64,000 nucleotides of DNA, taken from contig QPMI01000428.1 in assembly GCA_004431415.1 (NCBI GenBank), positions 124,001-188,000 on the forward strand, given 5' to 3'. The stretch's first letter is position 1. Every line of letters starts with the position of its first letter. The position numbers and the translations under genes are program-made. This stretch comes from Cyanophora paradoxa CCMP329 (taxonomy: Eukaryota; Plantae; Glaucophyta). A model generated the notes under the pieces. That model searched no databases. It was given only the letters and a program-made list of their open reading frames with translations, and was not told where the DNA came from. This document shows, in pieces, positions 1-12,020 of the stretch.

Positions 1-260
1 GCCCATTTATCTTCTCTCAACACATTGCATTTGATGGATTAGTCGAAGCTGAGATGAGGCCGGGGCGGCCTTGCTGGCTTCCAGCATTTGATCTCCCCAT
101 TTTGAAGAGATAAGCCTAATGTGGGGCTCTCGAGGCTCCGTTTGGGCTTCGGGGTAGAAGGAGAGTGTTTTGGAGACATTTTGTGTTGGTTTCGTGGGCG
201 AGCGCAGCTCGGTGGGACTCCCCAGCTAACTTCGCACTCAACAATCCTCGCCCGCGTCAG

Positions 261-1183
261 GTCGTGTCCAGTTCGGAGATTCCGAAAGATGTAGTCAAGA
301 AGAAGAAGGATGGGCAACTTTGCGTGCGATACGTGTGAGTCCCGTTCCTCGCACCCTGACTGTCGCTGGTGCTGATGCGCTGCGAGCAGCATGGAGGGCA
401 CCGAGACTTTGTAAGCACCGGCCCAATTAGCTATCATGCGTTCGCTCGCTGACGCACTCTGCGCAGCGGCTGGTTCCCGCCGGCGCAGCTCTTCGATTTC
501 CAGGATTGCCTAGAAAAGTTCTCGAAGCCGTCGGGGAAGCAAAAACGGATCCCGGTGGCGCTGCAGAGGAGTATCGACCTCGTGCGTCGGGGCTCGGGCG
601 GCGCGGCGCGGCCGGAGCCTCACGGGCGCTCCGCAGGCGCTGGAGCGGTCGAAGGCGAGCGGGGGCGCGCAGCCGAAGCCGAGCGCGAGGAGAGGGGCCG
701 ATAAGAAAGAGGCGCGACCGGCGCCGGAGCCGGCCGAGTCGAAGTCAAGGAGGCCGCCCGCGCGGCCGGAGGCGGCCGCGCACCCGTCGCCCCCGCCGCT
801 GCTCCTGCAGATCGCCGGTGCGCCCCGCCGCCCGCCAGCCTTCCGCTCGCAGCGCCCTGACGGCCGCCGCAGCGCAAGCAAAGGACCGGCCGCCGCGGTC
901 GAAGGCGCCCCCGCGGCTGCGGCCCGAGCGCAGCGTGCGAGCGGAGCCGGCGGCGCCTCCGCCCCCGACGCCGCCGCCACCGCCGGCGCCGGCGCCCTCA
1001 CCGCCACCGCGCTCGCCTCTGGACGCGTTCGACAGCCTGCTGCCGGCGGCGGCGCGGCGGCCGGAGTCGATCAGCGCCGCCGCGCTGGTCCGCATGGCAG
1101 CCTCGGGCGCCAAGCGCAGTGGCCTGGACGCCGACGACGGGCCCCCTAGGCGCAGGACCCGCCACGCCCCGCAGCCCGACTAG
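261..1183 (+). CDS. 3' part of a PWWP-like domain protein with Pro/Arg-rich tail (5' exons not identified)
   Basis: Manual GT-AG splicing from 261 gives VVSSSEIPKDVVKKKKDGQLCVRYVMEGTETFGWFPPAQLFDFQDCLEKFSKPSGKQKRIPVALQRSIDLALE, resembling the second half of a PWWP fold. Stop TAG at 1181-1183. The PWWP motif itself was not seen. Confidence 0.5.
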
Positions 1184-1536
1184 CCGCCCCGGGCCCCCGG
1201 GCCGCGCCCTCTACAGCCGCATTTCTGCGAGACGCATAAGTTAATTTCCCGTATACGTAGGCCTGTATATACGAGGTGCCACCGAGCTTTCAAATGAAAT
1301 CCAATGTCACTGAGGTGCAAGGCACTGCCAGCTGCGACGGCTGCGAACGATATGCTCCCCTGAGTGCCCTCCGCTGCATCTGCAGCTGGCCGTGGCAAGT
1401 TCCATTTTGCGAGCTCGAGGTCCGACTTCAGAGTTGAACCGATCGCTCGAATGCTTAAAGACATATGCATGTACAAGCTCCGTTGTAACGACTAGTACTG
1501 TAGACATACGGATGCGAGCCGCCGGAGCCTCCGAAC

Positions 1537-2999
1537 TCACTTGGTGAGCACGAAGAGATTGTTGCGGTTGCCCCGAGAGACGCGCATCGACTGAGGGCGC
1601 GGGTCGTCGATCAGAGGGGGCACACACAGACACGAAAAGAAAGCGCGGTACGTACCCCGTCGAGGAAAGTCGTCTGCGCGAGCGGAGCGGGTCGAATGAG
1701 GGGTAAAGGGGGGTACACAGGGTAGGAGTTTCAGCGGGGAGGTGGGGGCGGGGGTATGGGGCGAACCTCGAGGAAGCCGCGCGCGTTCTCGCCGGCCTTG
1801 AACCTGATCGCGCCGCCGATCTCGAACTCGTTGAACTTCACCTGTACCCCCCCGAGCCGCTCGGGGGCGGCGGGGCGGGGAGGAGAAGGGCGGAGGGCGC
1901 GCGGGGGCAGGAGGGGAAGGGGGGTACGACGCACCTGGACGCGGACCGGCCCGTCGACGGTGAACGTGGCCCGGACCTGCGGGGCGCGGGGGCGTGAGGG
2001 GCCGCCGGAGAGGGGGAACGACAGAGAGGGGACCTTGTTCGTGATCTTGAGGAAGGGGAGCGGCGCGATCGTCTCCGAGTTCTCGACGGACGTGTCCGCC
2101 AGCCGCACCCGCTGCGGGCGGCGCGGCGCGGCGCGGCAGGCGGCTCAGCGTCTCGGCGTGGACGAAAGGGTGCGCCGTGGGTACGGGGGTCACCTGGTAG
2201 ATGGGGCCCTTGGGCCTCAGGAAGTCCGGCCGGGTCCGGCCGATGATGCTGCGGGGACGAGCGGTTTGGGCGCGGCGAGACGCGGCGCCCTTCCGGGTCG
2301 GGGGCTCAAGCTCAAGCGAGAGCCGCTCACCTCTCGCTCGTCGTGTAGACGAGCTCCTGCGGGGCGGCGGGGGCCGTGAGCGCGGACGGACGCACATTCC
2401 GAGGCATCGGAGCGTACCCAGTCGCCCTCGATCTCGGGCGAAGCGGTCGGGGCGGAGGTTGGGTTGAGCGCCTCTGCCGCCGCGGCCGCCCCGCGGCGCC
2501 GGTTGGCGCGCGCCGCGGCGGGGCGCCGGCGTTGGAGGGAGTGCCGGACGCACCGAGCTCGCGCACGGCCTGCTCGATGGCGGCCTCGTCCTCCTTCGTC
2601 GCCGTCAGGCCGCGCTGCGCGTGCACGCGGGTCAACGTGGCCTTAGCTACGCCGCGTTCGTGCGCTGGGGTCGGCAGGCCGCACCTGCACCGGAGCGATG
2701 AGGTCGAGCACCTTCTTCTTCGCCTGCTCGATGGCCGGCGACGATGCCGCGGCGCACGTGGACACGCGTACGGCCGGGGCGGCGGCCGCGCCCCGGGCCG
2801 CCGGCCGCAGCGACTGGCCCATGAACGAACGCTGCGAGACGAAGGACGCCGCCGGCGCCGCCGCCGCCGCCGAGCTTCGGACCAGACGGACCGGACGGGA
2901 CGTGGCGGCGTGCTTGGAGGCCACCGAAGCGCTCGGCAAAGCGATGCGCTGGCCGCCGGTGACCGGGAGGGCTGCGCAGGCGAACGCCGAGGCCGACAT
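1537..2999 (-). CDS. Plastid lipid-associated protein / fibrillin (PAP_fibrillin) with plastid transit peptide
   Basis: ATG at 2999. Ser/Ala/Arg-rich leader MSASAFACAALP..., then AKKKVLDLIAPVQRGLTATKEDEAAIEQAVREL.ALNPT...IEGDWELVYTT ... GFLETTFLDGSMRVSRGNRNNLFVLTK*, the fibrillin signature. Multi-exon. Confidence 0.9.
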
Positions 3000-3377
3000 G
3001 TTTGCGTGGACGGGTATCGAAGGTCTTCGTTCGCAGCGCGAGCTTCGAGCAGAGCTTGAATTTAGCCGGTCCCTCTCCAGCCGTCCCCTCTCTCCCCGCA
3101 GAGCTCGCCCTCCTCTCGTTCCAGAGCTCAGCTTCCAGGCCCAGCCTCCGCGCAGCCGCACTTGGCAGCAAGCCGACCTTGGTGAGGAGTCGCTCCAGCC
3201 CAGCATTTGGACGTGCAGCGCTTGAGGCGCATCATAGTCAGCATCTATCTCAAGGCGCATCCCAGCGCGCCCTCCTACATCGTAGAAACACAGGTGCTTG
3301 AAGTTTGGACCCGAGCCAGTCGCTCGCCCTGGGCCTCACCGTGTCTGCGCAGAAAGATGCCGCTCCCTGGTGGTTCC

Positions 3378-4362
3378 ATGCAGGCGGAGGCCGCGCCCTT
3401 CGTCCAGCAGAAGATGGCGGGTGCGCCGCGTTGCGGGGCAGCGCGGCGCCCAGCGCCTAACTCCTTTTGTTTTGTACGCAGAGGGTCTGGATGCGCTCGT
3501 TGATAACGACGTGACCCGCTACCTGGCGGAAAAGCGCGCCCAGCTCGCAAAGGAGAAGAACCCGGACATACCGGCGCCCGTCATTCGCGGGCGCCTGGAC
3601 GGCCAGAAGGACGATGATGAGCACGCTGCGGCGGCTGCTGGGGGCGACAGCGACGACGATCTCCTGAACGACGAGGACCCGATTTTGGAACGGCTGCGGG
3701 AGGCGCGGCTGGATGAGATGCGCAGGGAGATGAACAAGAAGACGCAGCTCATGCAGAAGGGTGCGCTGTTGTTTAGACACTCCGCGTGTCGTCCCTGACG
3801 CGCGATCGACAGGCCACGGCGAGTACTCCGAGATCTCCGAGCAGGACTTCCTTCCCAAAGTGACGGGCAGCTTCTGGGTGCGGCGCGCCTCCACTTTCCG
3901 GGCACCGCTTCCTCTTACGGTCCTTTTTCGCTCCTCAGGTCATCTGCCACTTCTACCACTGCGAGTTTGAGCGCTGCAAGATCGTCGACAAGCATCTGAA
4001 CATCCTGGCGAGGAAGCACGTCGAGCCGCTCTTCATTAAGCGTGCGCCGCCGCCGCCGCCGCCGCTCGCGCCTTGAATCGAATCGGTGCGGGGCGGCAGT
4101 GAACGCGGAGAAGTCGCCGTTCTTCGTGGGGAAGCTGCAGGTGCGGATGCTGCCGACGATCGTCATCTTCAAGGACGGCGTGGCGGTGGACCGCGTCGTC
4201 GGCTTCGACGAGCTCGGCGCCCGCGACGACTTCGACACGGTCGTCATGGAGCGCCGCCTGGCCAAGGGCTGCGAGGGCGTCAAGCTCCCCGAGAAGAAGA
4301 AGGCTGCCCGCGTCGAGAAGAAGATCTACGGCCGCAAAGACGAGTCCAGCGACTCGGACTGA
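3378..4362 (+). CDS. TXNDC9: Phosducin-like protein 3 / thioredoxin domain-containing 9 (CCT co-chaperone)
   Basis: Spliced product: LERLREARLDEMRREM...GHGEYSEISEQDFLPKVTGSFWVICHFYHCEFERCKIVDKHLNILARKH...LNAEKSPFFVGKLQVRMLPTIVIFKDGVAVDRVVGFDELG. Four GT-AG introns. Start could be 3357, 3378 or 3414 (all in frame). Confidence 0.9.
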
Positions 4363-4634
4363 GTCCCGCGCCGCGCCCTCCCTCCCGCGCCCTTTCTCCC
4401 GGCCCCGGCCTCCCCTGTGCCCCCCCCCGCCCCCACCCCTGCCCTCGACCCGCCCCCTCGTGAACCATCCAATTTACTTGTACTGAGCGACACGCAACGA
4501 AACGCTAGCTAGTTCGCTGGGAAGCCGGCCGGCGGCCGGGGCGCCGCACCGCGCCCCGCCCCGCCCCGCCGCTCGACCTCAGCCGCGGCCGAAGCCGGCG
4601 AGGGCATCGCGGTGCCGTAGGGCCGCGACGTACG

Positions 4635-6267
4635 CTACGACGATGAGGCCGGCCATCGCCAGCGCCTGCACGTGCGGCGACTCCAGCCGCTTCGCCGCCC
4701 GCGCCACCGCCCCGCGCAGCCACGCCAGCGGGCCCTCCGCCGGCGCCAGGCCGGCCCCCGGGCCCCCGCCGCCGCCGCCCCCTCCGCCGCCCGCTCGCCG
4801 CCCGCCGCCGCGGCGTCGCCGCTCGCCTGACCCTCCTCATTCGAGACCCGCACTGCAGAGGGGCCGTCAGCGGGGGGCGGCGGCGGGGCGGGGCGGGGCG
4901 TGTGGAGGGGGCGGCGGCTCGCCGTGCTCGATCACTGTCGTGTTGTACGATCGACAGTGGCCGCACTTGTGGAAGTGCGCGTGGTACCTGCGCACGCGGG
5001 GCCGGCTCGCCGGGCGGCCGGAAGCGCGGGGCGGGGCGGGGCGGGGCGCGCCGCGTGAGGGAGCGCCGCTCGCAGTCGTTGCATGTTACGCGCGTGCGCA
5101 TCTGCTCGTGCGCGGGGTTCTGCGCCTCGTTCTCGAGCCTCCTGTCCAGGTCCGTAAAATAGACCTCCATGTCCCCAAGGCTCTGCGCCCCGCCGCCGCC
5201 CCGCGCGCCCTCAGCCCGCCCGCCGCCGGCGCCGGAGCGCCGCGCGGGCGGTGCCGCGCGGCGCGGCGCGGACCTTGAAGCAGACGGGGCACGTATACAT
5301 CGACGAGCGCGTGTACTGCTTGAAGCAAGCCTCGTGCATCGCGTGCCTGCGCGGCGCGGCGCGGCGCGGAGGTCGGTCCCGCGCGGCGGCGTGCGGCGCC
5401 TCGCGGGCGGCCGGCGGGCGCGCGAACGGAGGGCTCGGCGGCTCACCCGCACTTCGCGATGACGACGGCGTTGCGCGATGTGAACATGAACTCGAAGCTG
5501 CGCGGCGCGGACGGCTCGGGGCGCGGCGGCGGGCGAGCAGCCAAGGAGCGCCGCGCCGCACCAGATCGGGCAGTTGTTCTTCGTGTTGCCCTCCACACAT
5601 CGGTGCTCCCTGCGCGCGAATCGTCCCGGCGCGCGCGGGCTGCGGCGGGGCGGGTGGCGCACTTGTGGTCGACGCTGATGCAGGCGGCGCACTTCTCGCA
5701 GTGGAAGTAGTCCGTCCCGAGACCCTTCCCGACGCGGCAAATGGCGCAGTCTTCGCAGTGGTAGATCGGACGCTCCGGATTGCTCTCGTAAATCAAGCAG
5801 CGCTCGCAGAAGTACGACGCGAAGGGGGCTCCCTTGCAGGCCGGGCTGCTGCACGCGCGGCCGACGGGCTGCCTCGTGTGGCACCTCATGCACACAACCT
5901 CCTTGACGTCTTTCCTGCGGCGCAGAGTGAGTGCGCGCGCCCTCGCGCTCGAGGGAAACAGCGCACCTCTCAAGCGCATGATCCACCTCGGCCTCGTCAT
6001 GGCACCTGCGCGCAGCTTTAGAAGGACTCCAATGGAACGACGCAGGCGCATGCGAACCAATGGCATGCGAAGACCTTCGAGCAGCAGGGCGCCACGAGCG
6101 CGGCGGCCCGCTGGTAGTGTGGGCAGCCTAGCACGCCCTCGCGCTGGTACGACACGAAGTTCGTCTCATTCTGCGCGTTAGCAGCTTCACGTCAGCTCTC
6201 AGCGACGACCGGAAAGACAGCGCCGGGCCATGCCGGTCACCTGTTCCTCCCCCTCCGCGGAAGCCAT
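4635..6267 (-). CDS. RCHY1: CHY zinc finger / RING-H2 / zinc ribbon E3 ubiquitin ligase (RCHY1/Pirh2/MIEL1 family)
   Basis: Spliced product: GCPHYQRAAALVAPCCSKVFACHWCHDE, VVCMRCHTRQ, YFCERC, YHCEDCAICRVG, HRCVEGNTKNNCPICFEFMF, CGHAMHEACF, YTCPVC, CNDC, HKCGHCRSYNT. Includes two GC-AG introns. Confidence 0.92.
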
Positions 6268-6628
6268 GTTGGGACTCTCCGGTGGATGCTATCGTGTCGA
6301 GGAAGCGAATGGCGGGGTTGCGCGGCCGCTCCTTAAGCTTCTCTTCGTGCCTTCTGACCTCGCGTACCCCGTCTCGCTGGAAGCCGCCAGGAAGCGCTTA
6401 GCTACAAGCACCGCGGGCCTCTCTGTTGGACCTTCCCAGCTCCCTTATTGTACTCTCAGCGCTCTCTACCGTTTCCAGCCCCACCGGACCGAGAAGCGCT
6501 CCCGGCCTGCTTTAGCCACTCTTAGCAGCCGCTGCACTCGGCGCGGTATCTCGTGCTGCCGTCCAGCCTCCCAGAGGAGCCGCCGGGCGGCGCAGCGGCA
6601 GCCGCCGCGAGTGCGCAGGGAGGCAGAC

Positions 6629-9211
6629 ATGCCGAAGAACGAGGTCGGCCCGCGAGTGCTAGCGCCCCAGACCGTCGGCGAGCATGTGCAGGAGATCCTC
6701 GCAAGGAAGGACAGGTGCGCGCCCGCCAGAGCCGCGCTGGGGGCCTCATACGCCGAGCCTCAAAGCCTGGGCCGCGCAGGATCGTCCTGCCGACGCCAGT
6801 CGCCGACACGAGGACGACGCACGACCTCAACCCCACGCTCTCCCTCAAGGCGTTCCGAAAGGCGACCAGGCTGAAGGAGGGGCAAGGCGACGACGCTGCG
6901 CCGGCGAGCGTGGACGGGGACGCGGAGTCGTCGGAGGACGAGCTCGGGGTGAAGAGCATCGCCGGCGCCTCGCAGCTGGGCGAGGAGGAGGGCGAGGCGG
7001 ACTGGCGCATCACGGGCCGCATCAAGGAGATCAAGAAGGCGCTGCAGCGCAAGTACGCGCGGCAGAAGAAGCAGCTCAACGAGGCCGGCATCTTCACGGA
7101 GGGCGCGAACCTCGTCCGCGTGCAGGCGCAGTACCGCGTCGAGCTCCGCAGGCGGTGCGCCGCGCCGCTGCTCGCCGCGTCGCGCCGCGTCGACGTCGCG
7201 CCGGTCGCGGGGCGCCGACGCGTGTGGGGCGGGGCGCAGGCTGCAGCTGCGGGCGATCAAGCGGGAGATGCGCGACGAGCGGCGGCACGAGAACACGTCC
7301 GCTGTCGCCGACGCGCAGGTCGCCGAGACCCTCGAGATGAAGCTCGCCCGCGCCCTCGAGCAGCAGGCCCGCCCGCTTCCGCCCGCCCGCGCGGCCCCGC
7401 ACCCCTGACTGACGGGGGCCGGCGGACAGGCGGGCGAGCAGGCGGGCGGCGGGGCGGAGAAGGGCGCGGAGGGCAAAGGCGACGAGGAGGCGGTCCCCTT
7501 CAGCGCGCGCTGGCAGGAGCTCCGCACCGTCGCCAACCGCACCCCCATCCCGCAGGGCGCGCCGGGCCCCCGCCCCGCGCCGGCGCCGGCCGCCGCGCTG
7601 ACGCCCTCGGGTTACGCGCGCGCGCAGAGTCGGAAGCGGACGCGGCGGCGTTCCGGTCGGCGATGGCGGCGCTGCGGTCGGCGGCCGGCGGCGCGGGGGC
7701 CAACGCCGGAATCACCTCCGGCCACCTCCCGCCCGTCATCCCGCCCGGCCGCCCCCGACCCTCGCCCCGGGTATCGTCTCTGCCGTCTCGGCCCCCGCCG
7801 GCCCCTCCGCCGGCCCCGCACCCTCCTCCGACCTCCGGCCCGCCCCCTCGGCCCCCGCCGACGTTCCGCCCCCACGCGCCGCACGCGCCGAGAGCCCTGC
7901 CGGCCCCTCCGGCATCTCCCCGAACCCTTCGTGCGCGCTTCCTCCGCTCTCGCCAGCCTGCCCCCCCGCCTTTCATTGACCGGCGCGCCGGCCGCGCAGC
8001 GCCGCCGCCCTCCCGCCCGCCGCCGGCGCTGCGCAGCCGCCGGCGAAGCCGCCGCACGGCCACCGGGGCGGCGGGCCGGGCCTGCCGAAACCGGGCCGCG
8101 GGTCGATAGGGGACGGGCGGGACGGCTACCCGCCCGACTTCAACCGGCCCCTGCGCGGCATCGCGCCGGGGTACAGCGTTTCTCTCTACGAGGCCCCCGC
8201 GGAGGGCAAAGGCCGGCCGAAGAGCCGGGAGGCGGCGGCGGCGTCGGCGGCGGCGCGGGCCGCCGTGGCGGGCCCGCCGGGCAAGATCGAGCTGCCGGAC
8301 CCGCGGGCCCTCATGTCCGGCCTCGTCCGCGCCAACGACGAGCGCCTCCAGAAGGGTCCGGCCCCACCCCGCCCCGCGCGCCCGCCCGGCCCTCACCGCG
8401 CGCCCCCAGAGGACCGGCTCTTCCGCTCGAGCCGCGCGGGAACCGCCCCCGCCGCGGGGCCGAGCGCGGGCCCTCCCCGCCGAGGACGAGTGCGCCCGCC
8501 CGCCCGCGGGCTGCCTGCGGGCGGGCCGCCCGGGCCGGGGGCGAGCGGGGGCGCAGGGAGGGCGGGGAGCGGGAGCCGGAGGAGGCGAGCGAGGTGCGGC
8601 TGCAGGCGCGGCTGGAGCGGGTGCAGGAGCAGCTGGAGATGCCGCTGCGGGAGCGGCTCGACATGGCGATCAAGTACACGACGCGCGAGCACGCGCCCCG
8701 CCTCGAGCGCGCCGTCGCCGCCTGGGAGGACGCCGCCCGCGCCGTCGCCAAGGTCGAGGACGTGCGCCCGCCCCGCCGCCCCGCCGCCCCGCGCCCCGCC
8801 GAGGCCCCGGGGCGGGGCAGATCGTGCGGCACCTGGAGGAGGTGGATCGGCAGTGGGAGGAGCGGCGGCTCGTGGGGGCGCGCATGGCGGAGGAGCCGCG
8901 CGACCGGCCGGCCGCCGAGTCCGAGGAGGCCTTCCTCAAGGAGCGCGCCGTCTTCTCCGAGGCCCTCGAGCGGCGCGCCCCGCCCCGCGCCCCGCCGCCC
9001 CCGCCTGCCCCGCTCACCCGCCGCCGGCAGCTACTCGGAGCGCTGCCGCAACGCCCTCGAGAGCGTGCGGCGCAACTGCGGCGACGAGGTGACCCTCCGG
9101 GGCGCCCCCTACGCCGAGAAGATGGCCCGCGACGCCCGCCTCGCCAAACCCCCGCAGGAGCCCCTCAAGGCGCCCGTCCCCGCCCGGCCCCCGCCCAGCT
9201 TCCAGGGTTAG
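6629..9211 (+). CDS. Coiled-coil, proline-rich protein with CCDC87-like C-terminal domain
   Basis: C-terminal exons give LQARLERVQEQLEMPLRERLDMAIKYT...AWEDAA...GDEVTLRGAPYAEKMARD, resembling (from memory) the C-terminus of CCDC87. Start ATG at 6629 is tentative and the middle exon structure is uncertain. Confidence 0.6.
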
Positions 9212-9673
9212 CTACAGTGTTCGCACGCGAGCATTCATAGATATATATCATATCGATCATCATGGCATGATCATGATCGACTCGCGATCGGCGAGGCACG
9301 TGCCCAGTCACCGGGGCAGTGTTAACTTAGTATTAACGTTAACGTTGCTGCACTGCGGCAAAAAATTGCAATTGATCATGATGGCCGCACATCATGGCAT
9401 GTAATAACCACGTGCACATGATATTTTTTTATCACATCATCGCGCATGCTGTACACTCGTTCGCACTGCATGAAACGCTGCTGTACGTATACACAGTTGC
9501 AGCTGTACAAATAGACAGCAGGAAGTATATAGGTAATACGAAACCGGAACTGCGCCATAATCTATTCAATGCAAGGCGCGAGCCCGTGCGAAAACGAAAC
9601 CCCCTACGCTATACCATTTCAACTACCCTTGAGAACATGATCGATATCAAATATACGTAACAGGACTACTGTT

Positions 9674-11295
9674 CTACAGGAACAGCGCCATAGCAAGTGC
9701 CGCAATGAGCGAGAAGAGGACGATAGAGGGCGACGCCCGCTCGCCGGCGGATTTAGGAGGGAGGGGGGTGGGAGTCACGACTGTGCTGTCGAGCGGGGCA
9801 AGGACGGTGCCGGAGGGGGTCACCATCTTGATCGTCGTCGGGGTGACGGTGATCGTAACCGTGCTGCCCGCCGCGGTGAGGGCCGTGGCGAGATTGTTCG
9901 AGAAAGCGTTGATGCAAGCGGTGCAGCCGATCTGCTGCAAGAACGATTGGGCCGCCGCGCCGGCGGAAACGGAGCCGGTGCTTGCGAAGACGTACGTGAC
10001 CTGCAGCCAAGAGAAATTAGGGATGCGAATGCTGCGGGCGAACGGGGGGGAGGGGGGGGGGGGGGGGGGGGGGGAGACTGACCTTGGTACTGGAGGTCTG
10101 GAGGGCCGCACGGCGAGAGCTCCTGCGGGTCGCCGCGCACTGGACGGTGACGGACGAGGAGTCCACGCCCGCGGTGCTGGCCGCGCCCGCTGCGAGGCCG
10201 GTCTGGGTCTTGTTCTCCTGGCACTGGGCGAGGGTGATGGGCAGGATGACGGTCACGGAGACCGAAGTGCAGGTGGGGCTCTGCGGCGCCGCCGTGGGGA
10301 AGTCCGTTGCGGTCGGCCGCACGAACGAGCCGGCGATGGCCTTCGTGTAGTACGACGTCTGGACCGCGAGGTACGCGTTCGTCACCGAGTCGAAGTAAGC
10401 GGCCGGGCTGCCGAGCACGCCAGAGTAGACGGCGGTGGGAGTCCCGCTGATGCCCTTGCTCATGTTATAGCCCTTGACGCTCGAAGCCACCACGGAGGCT
10501 GCGGGTCCGCATCCGTCAGTCGAGAGGCAGCGCAGAATCAAGCACTGGGAGAGTACCATTGCTGACGGTGAGCGTGGCCTGGGCAGAGGCAGCGAGCGCC
10601 TCGGTCGAGGCCGCAGTCCACAGCATTGTGGCCAGCGCGGGCGGCAGGCAGCCCGAGTCGGTCGAGCCGAGGAGAACGGCGTAGGAGGCAAAGGTGCCGG
10701 GAACGGTGGTGAGGGCGCCCGAAATAGTCGTGTCGCTGCAGCACCGCATTAGGAAAAGCGATTGATTGAGGGGCCAGGCGGTCGGCTTTCAGACGCGCAC
10801 CGAGTCAAGTTGCCGTTGGCGGTGCGGAAAGTGAGAGAGATTTTCACCCCAGAGCGGACAGTCCCGTTCGAAGCGACGCCTGCAAATGGGCAGGGGATCA
10901 GGGCCATGATCTGTCGTTCCGCGAGCACGCCGCACCTGTGAGGTTGCCGACGGTCTCGATGAGCACGTTCGGGGTCTTGGAAGAGGGCGTCTTGGTGACC
11001 GTTCCGGCACCTGTCCCCTCGATGCTGTAGCTGACGACGTTGATCCCGCTGTGCAGGCCGTAGAGCTGGACGGTCGTCGAGTTGGAGGTGCTGTTCAGGA
11101 ATTTCGCGAGGACTATGCCCTCGCTGCGGACGCGCGAGGTAAGCGGCAAGCCTTCCAGATGGAAAGCGAGCGAGCGCACCCAGCGAACTGCGTCGCATCA
11201 GCAACCTTCAGGACCGCGTACGCGTCGAAGACGGCTGCGTGTGCGGAGACCGCCGCGAGGACGAGGACGGCCGCTGCGAGGACGCGGCGCTGCAT
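9674..11295 (-). CDS. Secreted, probably GPI-anchored Ser/Thr-rich cell-surface protein
   Basis: Signal peptide MQRRVLAAAVLVLAAVSAHA. Many N-x-S/T sequons. Polybasic RRSSRRAALQ inside a SEA-like segment. C-terminus PPKSAGERASPSIVLFSLIAALAMALFL* fits a GPI-attachment signal. Confidence 0.75.
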
Positions 11296-11499
11296 CGCTG
11301 CTGATGGAATTCGAGCGCCTGGCTGGCGTTCGCTGCGGCGGCGGGAGGAATGCGACGGCTGCTGGTCGGCGGCGCTGCAGAGCTGAAGCTGCGGTCCGGG
11401 AGACGAGGTATGCTGCTAAGGACCGATGGGACGGCGCTGCAGCGAGTGCAAAATGAGGGGCGGGCGCGTGAGGAGACGGCGAGGGGAGCGTGCCACGTA

Positions 11500-11760
11500 C
11501 GAATTCGAATGGCCCGCTTCGAAGAGGAACGTGCCACGTACAAATTCCAAGGCACGAGTGAAGGGGGGCGCGCTTTTCGAACTCCCTTTCGAATTGCCAG
11601 CGCATTCCGAACTCGCTTTCCGAATTCGAACCTGGAACGCGAAGCTCCTCTACGAATTGGAACTCCGTCGTGCATTTCGAAGTCCATGGCCAGCAATTCG
11701 AACTCCCGAAGTCGGTGAAGGGAGGCGCGGGTCAAGGGAGTTCGAAGTTCGCAAAAACTC
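11500..11760. promoter_or_regulatory. Divergent intergenic region with a dense TTCGAA/CGAA motif cluster
   Basis: About 8 TTCGAA palindromes plus further CGAA within ~250 bp, between divergent ATGs at 11295 (-) and 12021 (+). Confidence 0.4.
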
Positions 11761-12020
11761 GAGAGCCCGGTGGTCCGATTTGAAAAGGGGCCCGCCCGGA
11801 ACTGCGAGTTTAGCTCTGTTGTACCCCCGGGAGCCGGCCTTCTTCTGCCTTGGACGCGTCGGGCGCGCGTTGGGACGCAGCTTGCAGCTGCGGGGAAACG
11901 ATTGCGCGCCTCTCGGAGCTCCCGGCGCCCCTGCCAGGCCGCCAATGTGCCGTCCAGCGGCGCGTTAGCCGGGTCTCATATGCGACGCGGAGTAGAGCGT
12001 AGCTAAGGATTTTGAGCGCA

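Noticed and set aside
39-437. 132-aa minus-strand ORF
   Set aside because: No recognisable motif, and it overlaps plus-strand exons with canonical splice sites.
11500-11760. Heat-shock element
   Set aside because: TTCGAA lacks the 2-nt spacer of canonical nTTCnnGAAn units, and neither neighbour is a chaperone.
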